Positions 49,240 through 62,734 of a stretch of DNA of 64,000 bases are shown in pieces. A model generated the notes under the pieces. That model did no database searches. It was given only the letters and a program-made list of their open reading frames with translations, and was not told where the DNA came from. Position numbers and translations under genes: made by a program. The stretch comes from Geosiphon pyriformis uo1 (Eukaryota; Fungi; Glomeromycota), in assembly GCA_016748015.1 (NCBI GenBank), contig JAAOMT010000786.1, forward strand, positions 1 to 64,000, read 5' to 3'. Position 1 is the first letter of the stretch, and each line of letters opens with the position of its first letter.

Positions 49240-52200
49240 TTAGATTTGTCTCATTCGCAACAAACTATTGGCATTTCCATTGTCTTTTTCCTTTTTATAA
49301 TGTATAGTATAAGTATATGATGCAAGTGCCATTTTTCATCTTGACTGTCTTCTGTTTTCAAATTCTTGTTTTTGGAATGATGTTAATCTTTTGTGATCTG
49401 TGTACATCTCAAACTTTTGGTTCAAGTATTCTTTCCATTTCATAATTGCCCAATAGATTGCTAAATGTTCTAATTCTAGTGTTCCATAGTTCTTTTTGGC
49501 TGGTGTTAAACCTCAGCTGACATATGTGACTGGATGTTCTTTTCCATCTGGTCTTTTCTGAGATAGTACTGCTCCCAATGCTTGACCTGATGCATCAGTA
49601 ATAATAATGAATAGTTTACTATAATCTGGATAGATCAATACTGGAGCTTGAATAAGCTTTCTTCTTAAGATGTCAAATGCTTCTTGCTGGGTTTCAGTCC
49701 ATTCATACATTGTATTTTTGGTTTGAAAATCATTGAGTGGTTGTGCTATTTTTGAAAAGTTCTTTATGAAGCATCTATAATAGCTTGCGAATCCCAAGAA
49801 TGATTTCAGCTCAGTTACATTGGTTGGTATTGGAAAGTTCTTTACTATCTCTATTTTCTCTGAATCTGTTTTTATGCCATCTTTGCTAACTATGTGTTCC
49901 AAGAATTTTAGTTCTGTTTTGCCAAAAAAACACTTTGTTGCATTCAATTTTAATCCTGCTCATTGTAGTCTTTTGAACATTTGTTGAAGATGATATAGAT
50001 GATTATCAAATGTTTTTGAAAACACATTGGTGTCATTCAAGTATACAACTACTGATTTCCACAATAAGCCAGTATACACAATTTTCATTAGTCATTGGAA
50101 TGTAGCTGAAGCATTGGTTAAGCTGAATAACATAACTTTAAACTCAAAGTTTCCCTCTCTTGTGGTGAACACTGTTTTTTTTTTGTCGGCTGGATCCATG
50201 GCTATTTGCCAGTAACCACTATCCAAGTCTAATGTTAAGAACCATTTGTTTCCACCAAAAGCATCAAATAGTTCTTGTATCTGTGGAATTGGATAGCTGT
50301 TTCCATAAGTTACACTATTGAGTTTCCTGTAGTCTATACAAAATTGGATTTTTCTATTTTTTTTATGGACGAATACTACTGGTGACAACCATGGGCTCAT
50401 TGATGACTGAATTAACCTGTTGTCAAGCATTTGGTTGATCTCTTGATGGATGATTTCATGGTTGGCTGGTGGTACTTTATATGCTCACTGTTTGATTGGC
50501 ATTGTATTTCCAGTCTTGATCTGATGCTGAATAATATCAGTTCTGCCAAATTTGTTTTTACTAGCAAAGATGTCATTGAAATTATTGAGTAACATCTTTA
50601 GTTGCATCTGTTGAAGTGGGTCTAGATTTCTCATGTTCATCTGTTCCAATTGTTCTGGCTGTAACAAATAACATTTGTTTCATTTGTAGATGGTTTGTGA
50701 TGTAATGTCTACATATTCACAAAGCTATAGAAAATCTGGAATGCTGTTTGGTGTTTGATCTTCAATTTCTGTGGTTAAATATCCAAGAGTGGTTCCTTCC
50801 GGTATCTCTACAACATTTCTGGTGTTGTTGTAGATGGAAATTTTGATATGGTTATGGCTCTTGGCTGATATGTGTAAATTGATAAGTCCAATTTCTCCTG
50901 ATTCACAAAGAGTTGCTTCTGTTTCAAAAATCTGTTCTTGCTCCTTTTTTCTCTTTTCTATTGCTAATATGTATTGGCTATATAGTGGAATGGAAATTGT
51001 TTGACTGGTTGAGATAATTTCTCCTTGGCCAATAATTTCTTCTTCCACTATATTGACTGGTACATCTATTCTACCCATTGATCCAAATCCCTATATCTCT
51101 CTTGCTATTATCCCTAACTTTTCCCTATTTCCTACTGACACTAACTGAGCTATTTTAACCAGAGGCAGGAATATCGCCTGTGCTATTCTTTTATTTAACT
51201 CTATAACATAGGCCTTTTCTGAGTCATTTTGTAGCATAGCAATAATATTTCCTACATATTCTGCATCAATTATTTCTCTTTTGATGTTTATCCCTCTTTT
51301 TGCTAAACTACTCCTCAAAGCTAGTTGAACCATTGTTGTTACTAAAATTTCCAAGGCTATTTTGAGATTTATGCAGGTGTGCGAATGTAGTTCCAATTTA
51401 ATAGCATCTTTTTCTGGATACCTCAAATCAAATCTGGCATTAGTATCATGTGTGTGTTCTAGCATGATATCTTCATTATTATCACTGAATCATTTTAGTT
51501 CCAATTCTCTGATGAAGTCAGGGATTGTGATATATTGTTCATATTTTAAATCAGAGTTTGAATCTGAGTGGGAATTGTCATCGTCATTATTGCCATATTG
51601 AACAGAGCTGGAACTGGTGTTTTTGTCATTGTCATTATCAGAGTTTGAATCAAGATTGAATGGTGATTCCAATTCTGATATGCAGCTGCTGATTGGTTCT
51701 TCCTTTTCAGGGATTGTGTAGATTATGCATGGTGGTGGATTGTAGATGAAATCACACTCATTACAGAATTGGAAGTCACATGGAATCAAACAGTGGTCAC
51801 ATAATCAGGTGTTGATTTCTTCTAAGTGTTGCTCTTGCTCTTTTTTCATGAGTGTTAAATTCTGGTAGTATTCATGAAATTCTTCTGGGCTGTTTTCTAA
51901 GTCAATAAAGGCATTTGGGTTGAGAACCAAAACAATGTCTGTTGGTTCTGGAGGGTTATTCTTGATCTCCAGAATTTCACTGGGCAAAGCACTTTCTACT
52001 TTGACATTAACCATTTGCCAGATCTCATTCTCGTTATGTGGATAGCCGTCTAGGTGGGATATAGCTTGGTGCCATGCTGCTGTAATGGGCGTACCATGAC
52101 TCACCCAGTCGCTGATGAGGATTGTGTATTGACACAAAGTGTCACATGTTCCTCCTCGACCAGGAATGTCATTTCACATTCCTTCATTAAATAATTGTTT

Positions 52201-55200
52201 GCCGCAAGCGAGACATAGTTTGTTGTCCCACTTGCCTTGTCTTTTTGGGTAGTCATATTGTTTCCTATGGTAGGGCTTGCAATAGTAATGAGTTTGCATC
52301 CAGTAGTCTTTGTCTGGCACTACTCAAGCTCCTATTGAAAACAGTTTCTTCCCATAGTCTTTGCATTTGAGAGGTATATATGGTGGCTCTTTTATTGGTT
52401 CACATGAGTATTCCTTTTCCCAGCCACTAGTTATTTCTTCTGTAGTGGTGGTTTCTTCAGATATGTTTTCTTCTCTTCCTTTCTTTTTTTCCTTGTTCTT
52501 TTCTTTCCAATCTAGAATTGGTGGCATCTCGCTTTGGTTGTTGTTGGTCCAAGCATCAATGGTGGCTTTCCAAGTAGGTTCTTTTCTTTGTTTCTTCTTT
52601 CCGTTATCATTGTTGTCCCAGGCGAGTATTGGTGGCAGTTTGTTATAGTTAATGGCAGCTTACGAGACTTGATATGCTTTTTAGGTGGGTTTTGTTTTTT
52701 CTTCCTCGAATTCGATAAGTGGTGTTGGTGGTATAGTAATGGGCTTGAAGTGGCCACACATGGCTGGTACCCATGTGTGTCAACCGTTCTGGCTAAGCTG
52801 GAGCTCTTGGGTGTTTCAATTTAGGGTCATATTGGTTTTGGACAGCCAGTTGTTTCCAATGAGTGCTTGGTATTGAGTGGCTTCCATGACGAGTACTTTG
52901 ATTGGTACTATAATGCCATTGACTTCTATGGGGAAATTATCAATCTCTCCAATGGGTGTTTTGGTCACTCCATCAGCTGTAATAATCCTGGTGCTGGCAG
53001 CATGATCAATTCAGCAACCTAATTGATCCATGAGTTGTCATGTGATAATGCTACCAGCTGATTCACTATCTAGAATCAGTTTGATAGAGTGACCATCAAC
53101 TTTCACATTAGTATACATCATGGTAATGGGTTTTTTTTCAAGTACTGCTCTACTGAACAAAGGTGGGTTGATGGTTTTCTCCAATTCAAAAGGAAAGATG
53201 GCTGCAAGAGATTTGTTTTTGGTGACTGTTGTTGGTGAAATATTGTTGATGAGTGTTGTTTGGAGTGAGTTAGATTCTAAGTTGTTGGTGGTGGCATCTT
53301 TTGGGGTAATCAGGAGACTTAAATAGTTCTGGAAATTCGGGTTTTGGGTGGAACTGATATCTGAATTCCACTGTTGAGAGCCTGATGGTTGGTAAGAGGA
53401 GCTGGGGGTCAGTTGATAAACAACTATTGCCAATCTCCAGTTTTGAGTGATTCTAAGTCTTGGGTTTCTTGATGTCATTTGAGTGAGGTTTTGGAGTGGT
53501 GTTTGAATTGGTTGTTGGGGCTGATAAATTATTTGGGACTGTGGCTAATAAATTACTGGTAGCTGTGGTTGATAAATTAAAGGTTGATATACTGGCAGTT
53601 GATAGATTGGTTGCTGCGTCATTGGCAGATAAGTAGTTTGATATTGGTCTTGATTTGGGTAGTAATTCTGAGTCTGAAATCTGTGATTGGGATTTTGATA
53701 TTAATTTTCTGATTGTGGATTGTTGCTATAAAATTGACAGTCGGCTCTAATGTGATCTTGTTTATCACAGTTGTGGCAAACACATGTTTCTGGCTGCTAT
53801 GGCTAATTGGGTAACAATGATGATGATGATGTTAATGGATGCAGCTGATTTTGGAAACAATTCGTGTTTCCTGAATTATTGCATTATTGTGATGGTTGAT
53901 AGATTGCATGATTGTTAGCTAAGTATCCCTCTAGTTTCTGATTGATTGTATCACTGAATTGTTTTAGTTTGGAATCCAAGTCAGATGATTTGTTTATCAC
54001 TAAATTTACAGCTTGGACATGGTTGGCTTCTAGCTCAGCTGCTTCAAAATCTCTGGTGTGGATGACAGTAGTTGGAAGGTCAACTGAATGCATTGGACAT
54101 ACTCACTGAAGAATGCTACTGTGCAATCCTCTAATAAACTGGTTCAAGATCTGTGGTGTTGTAAAGTAATTAACTTGAATTGCCTGAATTTGGCGCAGAT
54201 TTCTATGGAAGCGTCCCAAGTAAGTGGTAACTACTTCTGTGTCCCTTTGTTTAATAGTAATGAATGTATTGGTCAAGTAATTGATACTATTGTTATTACT
54301 AAAGTATTTCAAGAATTCTGTTTTGAACTCATTGAAGGTTTGTGGTTTGGCAGCTAGGCTCTAATACCATGAGTTGGCAGTATCTTTGAGAAAATAGAGG
54401 ATTGCTTGAAGGGTTCTACTGTTATTCCATCTGTTGGCCACTATGGCTTTTTTAATATCATTGAGCCATATTTGAGTGTCATCCTCTTTGCTGGTAAAAT
54501 TGTCAAGTTTTGCGATTGGTGCATAGACCATTGGATCTAAGTTGGGTTGTTGTGATGGTAGTTGAAATGGTTGTTGTTGTACAGGTTGTTGGGGTGGTAG
54601 TTAAAGTGATGGTTGTATGAATTTGGCTATTGGATTAATTGGTGGTTGATTGATGATGATTACTGGAGGTAAGTTTTGTTGATTTATTAAATCAGAGTTT
54701 TGATTATTCTGAGTTGGCAGTGTCTGAATATTCGGAGTTTTGATTTCTGGATTTTCTGGGTTTAGATTTTGCTGGATTTGAAGATTCAGGGTTTCAAATT
54801 CCGGGTTTTCAGTGATTGGGTTTTGGTAAGTAAATTCTTGATCTTCAGCTTCTTCTTCTTCCTCTTCTTCTGATTCTGTTACTTCTCACAAATTAGAAAT
54901 TCTGAAATCTGGAAGAGATAGTAGTGATTAGAGTCCTAATGGCGTTGATAATCGCGAGTTAAATCCTTCAAAATACATGCCATATAGTCCTAATAACTCT
55001 GCTTTCCTTTGTTTACTTTAGAATGGGAATTGTTCAAATGCTGATGTTATGTTTGATGTGGCCATGCCAGTAGATGTAATATTAATGGCACTTCCAAGTG
55101 TATAGTAGTATGATGAATTAGTTGGGAACTTAACTCTTGTTTTCTTCCAAGTAGGTGGTTGTATTTTTTTGGGTGTTACTGCTGGTGTTTGCAGTTTTCC

Positions 55201-55524
55201 TTTGTCTTTGCTTGTGTAAGTAATGGGGTATTTTTGCTGTGTGTGGTGTTCAATTTTTTTGTTGATTTCCATGATGATGGAGATGAAATTGTGATTTATT
55301 GGCAGATTAATATTTTAAATTAATTCGCTGTAAAAGGCTTCTCTTACTGATTCGATATTTACTGGTGTTCCTAACAGATAGACAATTCTTTTATTGACAT
55401 AGAAATTGAAAGCTGATTTCGCTGATATGTAGTTGTGATTTAATCCCAAATGTTAACAGTAGTGTTGAAATAAGGATTTTGCGAATCCTAGATGGTTTGT
55501 TCCTATGTTTTCTGATTCTGCCAC
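49240..55524 (-). pseudogene. Element D Gag-PR-Cys-rich-dUTPase-dUTPase-like-RT-RNaseH frame
   Basis: Collinear fragments: Gag, CHNCDKQDHIRADC, LILDSES, THYYCKP, NARFDL/LRSS/IIDAEYVG/IAQAI/GFGSMG, CIDYRKLN, TDASG; stop at 49240-49242. Confidence 0.88.
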
Positions 55525-55583
55525 TTTTAGATTTGTGTTGGTGCTGGTTCTCTGTAAGATTATATCTCACAGGAAGCACCAAA

Positions 55584-56439
55584 TATTACAGGTGATTATT
55601 TCTGATGTTGGATTAAATAACAAAACCCATAACTTGGTGCTCAAATCTAATTGCAGTTGATAGTGATCTGAAGATTTGTGTCTGAAGGGTTTGTATCTAA
55701 AGAGTTTAGTTGAGTTTTTTGTATAATGAACAGAGATTCAATGATAATAGTTTTTATTTGTAGCTTCCCGAATCTGCAGTTTTGTCAATTTCTTTTTCAG
55801 CTTGATGGCTGGTATTCTTCTTAGTAAGCTATCCTCAATCGAGTGTTCTACTCTTATTTCTGGGTCTTTTACCAGTCATGTTTATCCTGATGTCAGTACT
55901 TTGTGTGTTAATCCTCAATAGAGTTAGTAAATAACAATAAAATTAAAGCAAGAAATAAAAAAAAGAAAAGAAAATAAAGAAAGAAAAAAAATAAGCCAAG
56001 ACAATTTGCAAGTTAGTATTCCGTCAATAGCCATGATCAAGAGCTATTGTTCTAGTGTGGTTAAGTATCAATTACTATCAACATGAAGTGTTGATAGTGG
56101 CAGCAAGTTGAGATAACAAACAGTTATTTATTTGTGGTTTTGGAAAGTTGTTTAGATGAAATCTAAACTGAGAGGTCTGTCTTTTTAGCTTCTGATCCTA
56201 CTACTATATATACATAATTAAGATTCCTCAATTTCTCAATTCTTTACAACAGGAATCCTGCAATTTTTTTGAGAAGAATCCTGGAATTCTGGAATCCTGT
56301 GATTCCTTGTGAGAATTCTGTAATTCCTGGAATCCTGCAATTCCTGAAAAGAATCCTGGAATTCCACATTTTACTACATCTACTTCTGATTGATCAATAA
56401 CTAGACTAATATATATTCTCTATATTTTTATGAGTAACA
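55584..56439 (-). repeat. 5' LTR of element D
   Basis: TGTTACTC start on the minus strand, followed by the PBS. Confidence 0.92.
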
Positions 56440-58991
56440 ATGCTAAGAAATCATCCAGATTTCACAAGCTGGAACTTTTGGTATTTAAGATTGTTAGAGC
56501 TATTTGTCAAGTGTTTTATAATGAATTCACATTATTGTTGAATACATGAAATAGTCTTGATATTGTTAATGTCTCTATAGTAAAGTTTTTTTTTCTTTTA
56601 AAATCTCATTTTGATATTATTAAGTCTGTTCTAGTTAGAGTTAGAAAGTTTTATCACTCTTCTAAGATGATAAAATTAAAATATGTTGAAAAGTCTTGAA
56701 TTAGGTCAGCAATTGATAAAAAAATGAAGAATTTTGAATTAAACAAGAATTGTACTATTAGAAATGTGTTGGAGTGTCTTTTTTGCAGGGTGGTATTGGA
56801 TTATTTGGTCATTGATAATAAACTGATTCTGGAGCCTAATCAAGTCAAGACAAAAGTGAATGTAATTATGAAGAACTGAACTTGGAAGCATGAAGTGGTT
56901 ACTAATCTCTCTGATAATTGGTTTTATTAGTATTGACTCTTGGATTATGTTTTTGATGATGTTTTTTGAATGTAATATGTAAGATTAGTTTCGATAAAAT
57001 ATTTGATGTAATCTCAGTTTTGCCTAATGAAAAGACTGCCAATTTTTTTAGTATTTTAAATAAATTGTAAAAGTATTGTAACAAGTCTGTTTTGGATATG
57101 TTTTTGGTGTTTTTGAACTCTTGTTTGACTTGTAAATTAGTGTCTAGTTCTTGGAAAGAAACTTGGGTCTCAATAATTTTCAAACCATATAAATAAAAAA
57201 GCATTCTTACAAATATCCAACCTATTACTTTAATTAAAACAGCTTGTAAGGTTTTTTCCAAAATTCTTTCAAACAGAATCTTCTTGGCTTATAGCACTTT
57301 TGATGTTCTCCATGAGAATAATTTTTCTGTTTTAAAAAATACAATAATACAATCTCCTATTTTTGCTATTGGTTTGGTAATAGAGAATGTCTTGGAAAAA
57401 AATCATAAACTGTGGCTGGTCTTGCAAAATATACATAAAGCTTATGATTCTGTTGAATGGAAACATTTTAAGAAAAGTTTAATTAAGGTTAAAATGTGTG
57501 GCAAATTTATTAGATTTTTTGGTAGTATTTACAATGATTGAATTAACAGAGTTATGACTGATTTTAATTTGGCTGATGGTTATTAGATACAAGATAGGTT
57601 AGATCAGAAAGAAGTTTTCTTATCTCTTTTTTGGCATATATTTTATGATTTGCTTTTGTGTAAAGTTAAAAGACAAGAGAGTATGTATAGTTATAAGTTG
57701 AATTTTTATTTTGTTACCAAAACTGGCCAAACAGAATTTTAGGCTGAACTGACTTCTTTTCTTGTCACTAGTACATTTGTCAATGATACAATTTGAATTG
57801 GTAGTAGTTAAACTGCCACACAGCATATCTTCAGTGTTGTTAATGAATTTTTTAAGATCAATGACATCTCTATAAATAATGATAAAACAGTAGTCATCTC
57901 TATTAACTGCAGAGTTGTGAGCTTATCTTTATCTGTCAATGACATGCCTATTTCTATTGCCAAAAAAGATAAATTTTATTGCTATCTGAGTATTTTTTTA
58001 TTTTCTGAGAGTTTGTCAAAGCCTAGTCTGGCTAAGGCACATTTGAATGTCCAGTTTTTTGCCAATTTTGTTTTAAGAAAAACAATCTCTAATAAGCAGT
58101 TTTTGTATCTGGTATTGACAGTTTTTCATCTTATTATTAGCTACAGGACTCAATTCAGTTTTATTCCTATTGGTGTATATAATAAATAAGACACTTTAAT
58201 TTGCAAAGACTTGAAGTTTAAATCTGGTCTGCTGCTTAATTTTCCCAATGATATAATACACCATCTTTTTTTATATAATTTAAAAACTTTTGAACAGATT
58301 CAGACAAAAAACAAGTTGGCTTTTATTGTTTGTTTTGCAAATTTTTTTGGAGTTTTGGGTTGTTTTTTTACACATAGGTCACATGACTTGCAGGTTTTTA
58401 GCTGACATTTATGTTACCTTTTGCTTTTTTTGGCTTGTATTAATGTTAATTCTTCAAATAATTTCTTGGCTGGTATAGTCTGTATATTTCTAAAGTATGA
58501 TTTGTATTTGAGTGGTTTTATGACCAATGCTTTTTGTTTTCAGAGTAGTACTCCTATATTATTTGCTCTTGATGGGTCAATGTACTTTAAATGTACTTTT
58601 TTGCTTTGGCAGTATAAAATTGCTTTTGTAGACCAACTTTGCAACTGTACTAATACAGTCTTTAATTGGAAAACATTTAAGAGGTGAAAAAAATTAGATC
58701 CATATGGTCCAGTTTCCAATTGATTTGAGCTTTCAGTTTATTTTCTTAATAATATGGCCTTTTCTCCTGTTATTTTTTCTCTTTTGGAAGACATTGGCTT
58801 GTTATGTATTCTTAATTCTCATAAATATGAAGTTGTCCATAATTATTTGTTGAGTGTTAATGCCAATTATCTTTCTGTCTATATGGATGAATCTCTGTGT
58901 AATTTGAAAACTGTTAACATATGGGCTAAAACAGCTGTTTTTTTTGAGGATATTAATTTTGGTTTAGGTGTTAGGGTTTTTGGTTTGGTGT
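56440..58991 (+). mobile_element. LINE copy 2, segment 3 (RT to start of RNase H)
   Basis: Resumes Y|AKKSSRFHKLE; IHKAYDSV, FVND, YCYLSIF, VYMDESL; cut by the LTR of E. Confidence 0.87.
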
Positions 58992-59873
58992 TGTTACTCA
59001 TAAAAAGAAAACAGATATAGAAAATAGTAGACCAATAAGAGAATAGTATTTAGCACATGAGCACATTGCTCAGCAATGTGGAGCAATATCAGAAAACATG
59101 GCACATTGCTCAGCAATGTGGAGCAATATCAGAAAGCACAGCACATTGCTCAGCAATGTGAAGTGATATTAAAAAATTAGGGCACATTGTTTAGCAATGT
59201 AAGCATTGGTCAAGAAATCATAGCACATTGCTCGGGAATGTAAGCAATCTCATAGAACATCAATTATGTATATATAGCAGTAGTATTAGAAGTAGAAAGA
59301 GCAGAATTCTTTAGCTAGAAATCTTTCATCCACAAATATTAAATAAATAAATTGTTCACTATCCAAATCTATTCTCCATTATCAACACTTTATGTTGATA
59401 GTAATTGATACTTAACTATACTGAAACAATAGCTCTTGATCACAGCTATTGATAAGATACTAACTTGTGCATCACCTTGGCTCATTTCTTTATTTTTTTT
59501 TATTTCTTTCTTTCTTTGATTTTTCTTGTTAAATACTAACTGATTAAGGATTAAAGTGCTGAATAATTGATGTCACGGATAGCCTGGTAAAAAACCCAGA
59601 AATAAGGGTAAAATTATATATATATTAATGGATAGCTTACCAAAAGGTCACAAATACCAGAATAAACTAGCCACCAAGCTGAAGACAAAAATTGGGAACA
59701 CAAATTACCAACCAACTACATTGTTATTGAATCTTTGTCCATTATACAAAGGACTCCACTCTAAAACCTTCAGATACAACCAACGTGCCAGTAACATCAG
59801 TATTGTCAAGATATTGAGCACCAAGTTATGGATTTGTTATTTGATTTGAGACCCCAAATAATCATCTGTAATA
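58992..59873 (+). repeat. 5' LTR of element E
   Basis: TGTTACTC...TGTAATA followed by TTTGGTGCTC. Confidence 0.88.
59061..59241 (+). repeat. 40-bp tandem array (~4.5 units) of a palindromic motif in LTR U3
   Basis: GCACATTG(C/T)T starts at 59061, 59101, 59141, 59182 and 59223; core CACATTGCT-C-AGCAATGTG. Confidence 0.9.
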
Positions 59874-61314
59874 TTTGGTGCTCTTTGTGAGGTATAATCC
59901 TACAGAAAACCAGCACCATCAACATTCATCCAAAAGTGGCAGAATCAGAAATCATAGGAACAAACTATTTAGGATTCGCCAAATTCTTATTCCAATAGTA
60001 CAGTCAACAATTAGAATTGAACAATAATCATTTCCCAGCAGAATCAGCTTTCAACTTTTATGTCAACAATAAAATCACAGACTGCTTAAGAAGAACAGTT
60101 AACATTGAATCCACAAAAGAAAATTTCTATACAGAATTATTTCAACATACCAGCTTACCAAGAAACTACAGTTTTGCACCAATTATTAGAGAAATCAATC
60201 AAACTATTGAAAGGTATACACAACAACAATTTCCTATCACCTACGCAAATAAAGGCAAAAAAAGATTGCAAACTTCAGCAGTAACACCAAAACAAATCCA
60301 ACCACCCAATTGGAAAAAAACCTGAGTTAAATTACTCACCCATTCATCATATCATTATACGCCTAGAAGTGTTATCAACATCTTATTAACAGACGTGTTT
60401 ACATCAAATATGACATCAATCTTTGGATGTTTCTTATTTCAAAGTAAACAACAAAAAGCAGAGTTATTAGGACCATATGGCAATTACTTTGAAGGATTTA
60501 AATTGTGATTGCCAATGCCATCAGAATTCCGATCACCACCACCTCAACCAGATTTCAAAAACACAAGTCCTTAGAAAATAACGAAATCAGAAGAAAAGAA
60601 AGAAGAAAAATCTGAAGATCAAGAATTTACTTACCAAAACCCAATTATGGAAAACTGGGAATTTGGAACCCCAAATTTTTAAACCCAGCAAAATTCAAAT
60701 TTAGAAAACCTGGAAATTGAAACTCCGAATATTTAACCACTGCCAAATTAGAACAATCAGAACTCCAATCTAATTAATCAATCAGACCTACCTCCCATTA
60801 TCATTATTAACCCACCACCAGTTAAACCAATTGGCCAGCCACTAGTACCATTTCAACAACCACTACAATCCAATTTAGATCCAATAATATACACACCAAT
60901 AGCCAAACTCAAAAAATTCACTAGTAAAGAAGACAATGTCTAAGTATGACTAAATGATGTAGAGAAAGCTATTGCAGCTAATGGATGAAATGATGCCAGA
61001 GCCATGCAAGCCATTCCATATTTTTTTCAGAATACTGCCAATTCATGATACCAAAGTCTGGTCAACAAATCCCAAGATTTCAATGCATTCAAAATAGAGT
61101 TCTTAAGATACTTCAGCAATAATAACAGCATTAACAGGCTAGCAAACATCTTCACTACCATCAAACAAGGAGAAAATAAAACAGTCACTATTTACATAGA
61201 ACACTTCTACAGAAATCTGCACTAGATCCAAGCCATCAACCCAAATTATTTCACAGTAGCCCAGATCCTAAATCAGTTTATTTGTAGATTACACAGTAGC
61301 ATCCTGCAACACAT

Positions 61315-62734
61315 TGTTACCAGAAAATTTTCACACTTTTCAATGCAAAAATTACAACACATACAATGGAAATTAATATTAAAATCATGCGAAAAAAGTT
61401 TATATCATTGCACTTAATCAACAAAATCAGCCAGCAATCTGGAAATAAATGATCAGCAATCAATCTAATTACAACAAAGAAATATGGCACAATCTAACAG
61501 TTTAACTAAGTTGGATATAAAAAAATCTTAACAAACTAAGAACCACCAATAGAAATGAATGATTAATGCATATAATCAGATAACAACAGGTTTTGTTATA
61601 TTCCAAAATTTTTATACATGCTTATTGGAACAATCTAACATTTCAGATCTGTGATCAATAATTAAAAGTAGTTACCAAAAAATGTAATTAATTGATCTAC
61701 TTCTGATTATGTTAATTATAATCACAATTGGTATCATTGATTTACAATCAATGTTCTAGATCCAGTCATCTAAAATCTGATCATCTAAATTACTAGCTCT
61801 TGGATAAATAACAGGCCAAATAAGTTTATCATGAATTGATTAATTAAATGTATATAAATAATTGATGTATTTTAAATAGTTATAATATAGTATGTAGATT
61901 TGATATAATTTAGCTATATATACAGCCCCTTTGTCAGCTCAGAAAAGTATCAGTTCAATACTGAGCCAACTCTTTGCTATAGTTTTATAGTGAGCAGTTA
62001 GTTCTCTCCTCTACTCTTTACACTCTCTTTCCCCTTTCTATGCTCTAAATACTTGTCATCATAATCTCAAGTATGTCTTCCCATATTCCTTATCATTATT
62101 TAGAATCACATTGTTTATAATTTTTTACTTACTTGTTATTATTATTTCAAGTTGTTCTATTACTTCTGATCTTTGAAATCATGTGTTATCACTATTTCAC
62201 ATTAAGTCTTGTTTTACTGAACAAGTTGTTAAATATAAAAATAAGTAATAAAGTATAACATTGTTAGAAAATGGTCTCAACAATAAAAAATTTAAGCAAA
62301 ATCTATTTCAGTTATGTTTGACTTTTATAATTCCTTTTATAATTTTTATAACTTCATTTTTAAAGTGGGCATTTGAACACCACACCCTTTCGATGACTAA
62401 TTGAAAAAATTCTGGTTACATATTTTTTTGAGTAATTGGTTTCACTTCTTGTTGCTGGTTGCATTTCTGATACATATAAAAAGATGTGACTTCTCTTTTC
62501 CCCTTTTCAAATACTTAAGACTGGTTTTTGTCCAAAAACAAATAATAATAACAATACTTTTATTCACTTTTAATGACTTTATCACGTACCTCTTTTGCTC
62601 TTCCACCTACTGAAATAGTCCATACACCTATGATATGCTATAATCAGTAGCATAATTATGGTAATGTGTGTTCCAGGTAAAAGTTATTGTCATTGTTAAG
62701 AAGTTACAAATCCTGTAGCTTTTACCTGGTAATA
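61315..62734 (+). mobile_element. Probable solo LTR (1420 bp, another family) inserted in gag of E
   Basis: TGTTACCAG...CTGGTAATA inverted termini; TSD ACAT/GCAT. The host frame SSILQH|IRSMHSINLQ rejoins; no ORF inside. Orientation inferred from TATATATA at ~61915. Confidence 0.72.

Larger units (their letters stand above)
46243..56439 (-). mobile_element. Ty3/gypsy LTR retrotransposon D, full length with no nested inserts (best structural reference, 10.2 kb)
   Basis: LTRs 55584-56439 (5') and 46243-47098 (3'); TSD ACAC/ATGC (ancestral ACGC); PBS 55566-55581; PPT 47099-47113. Confidence 0.93.

Noticed and set aside
59061-59241. CRISPR-like array of palindromic repeats
   Set aside because: The spacers are near-identical to each other, the array is inside a eukaryotic LTR, and there are no cas genes.
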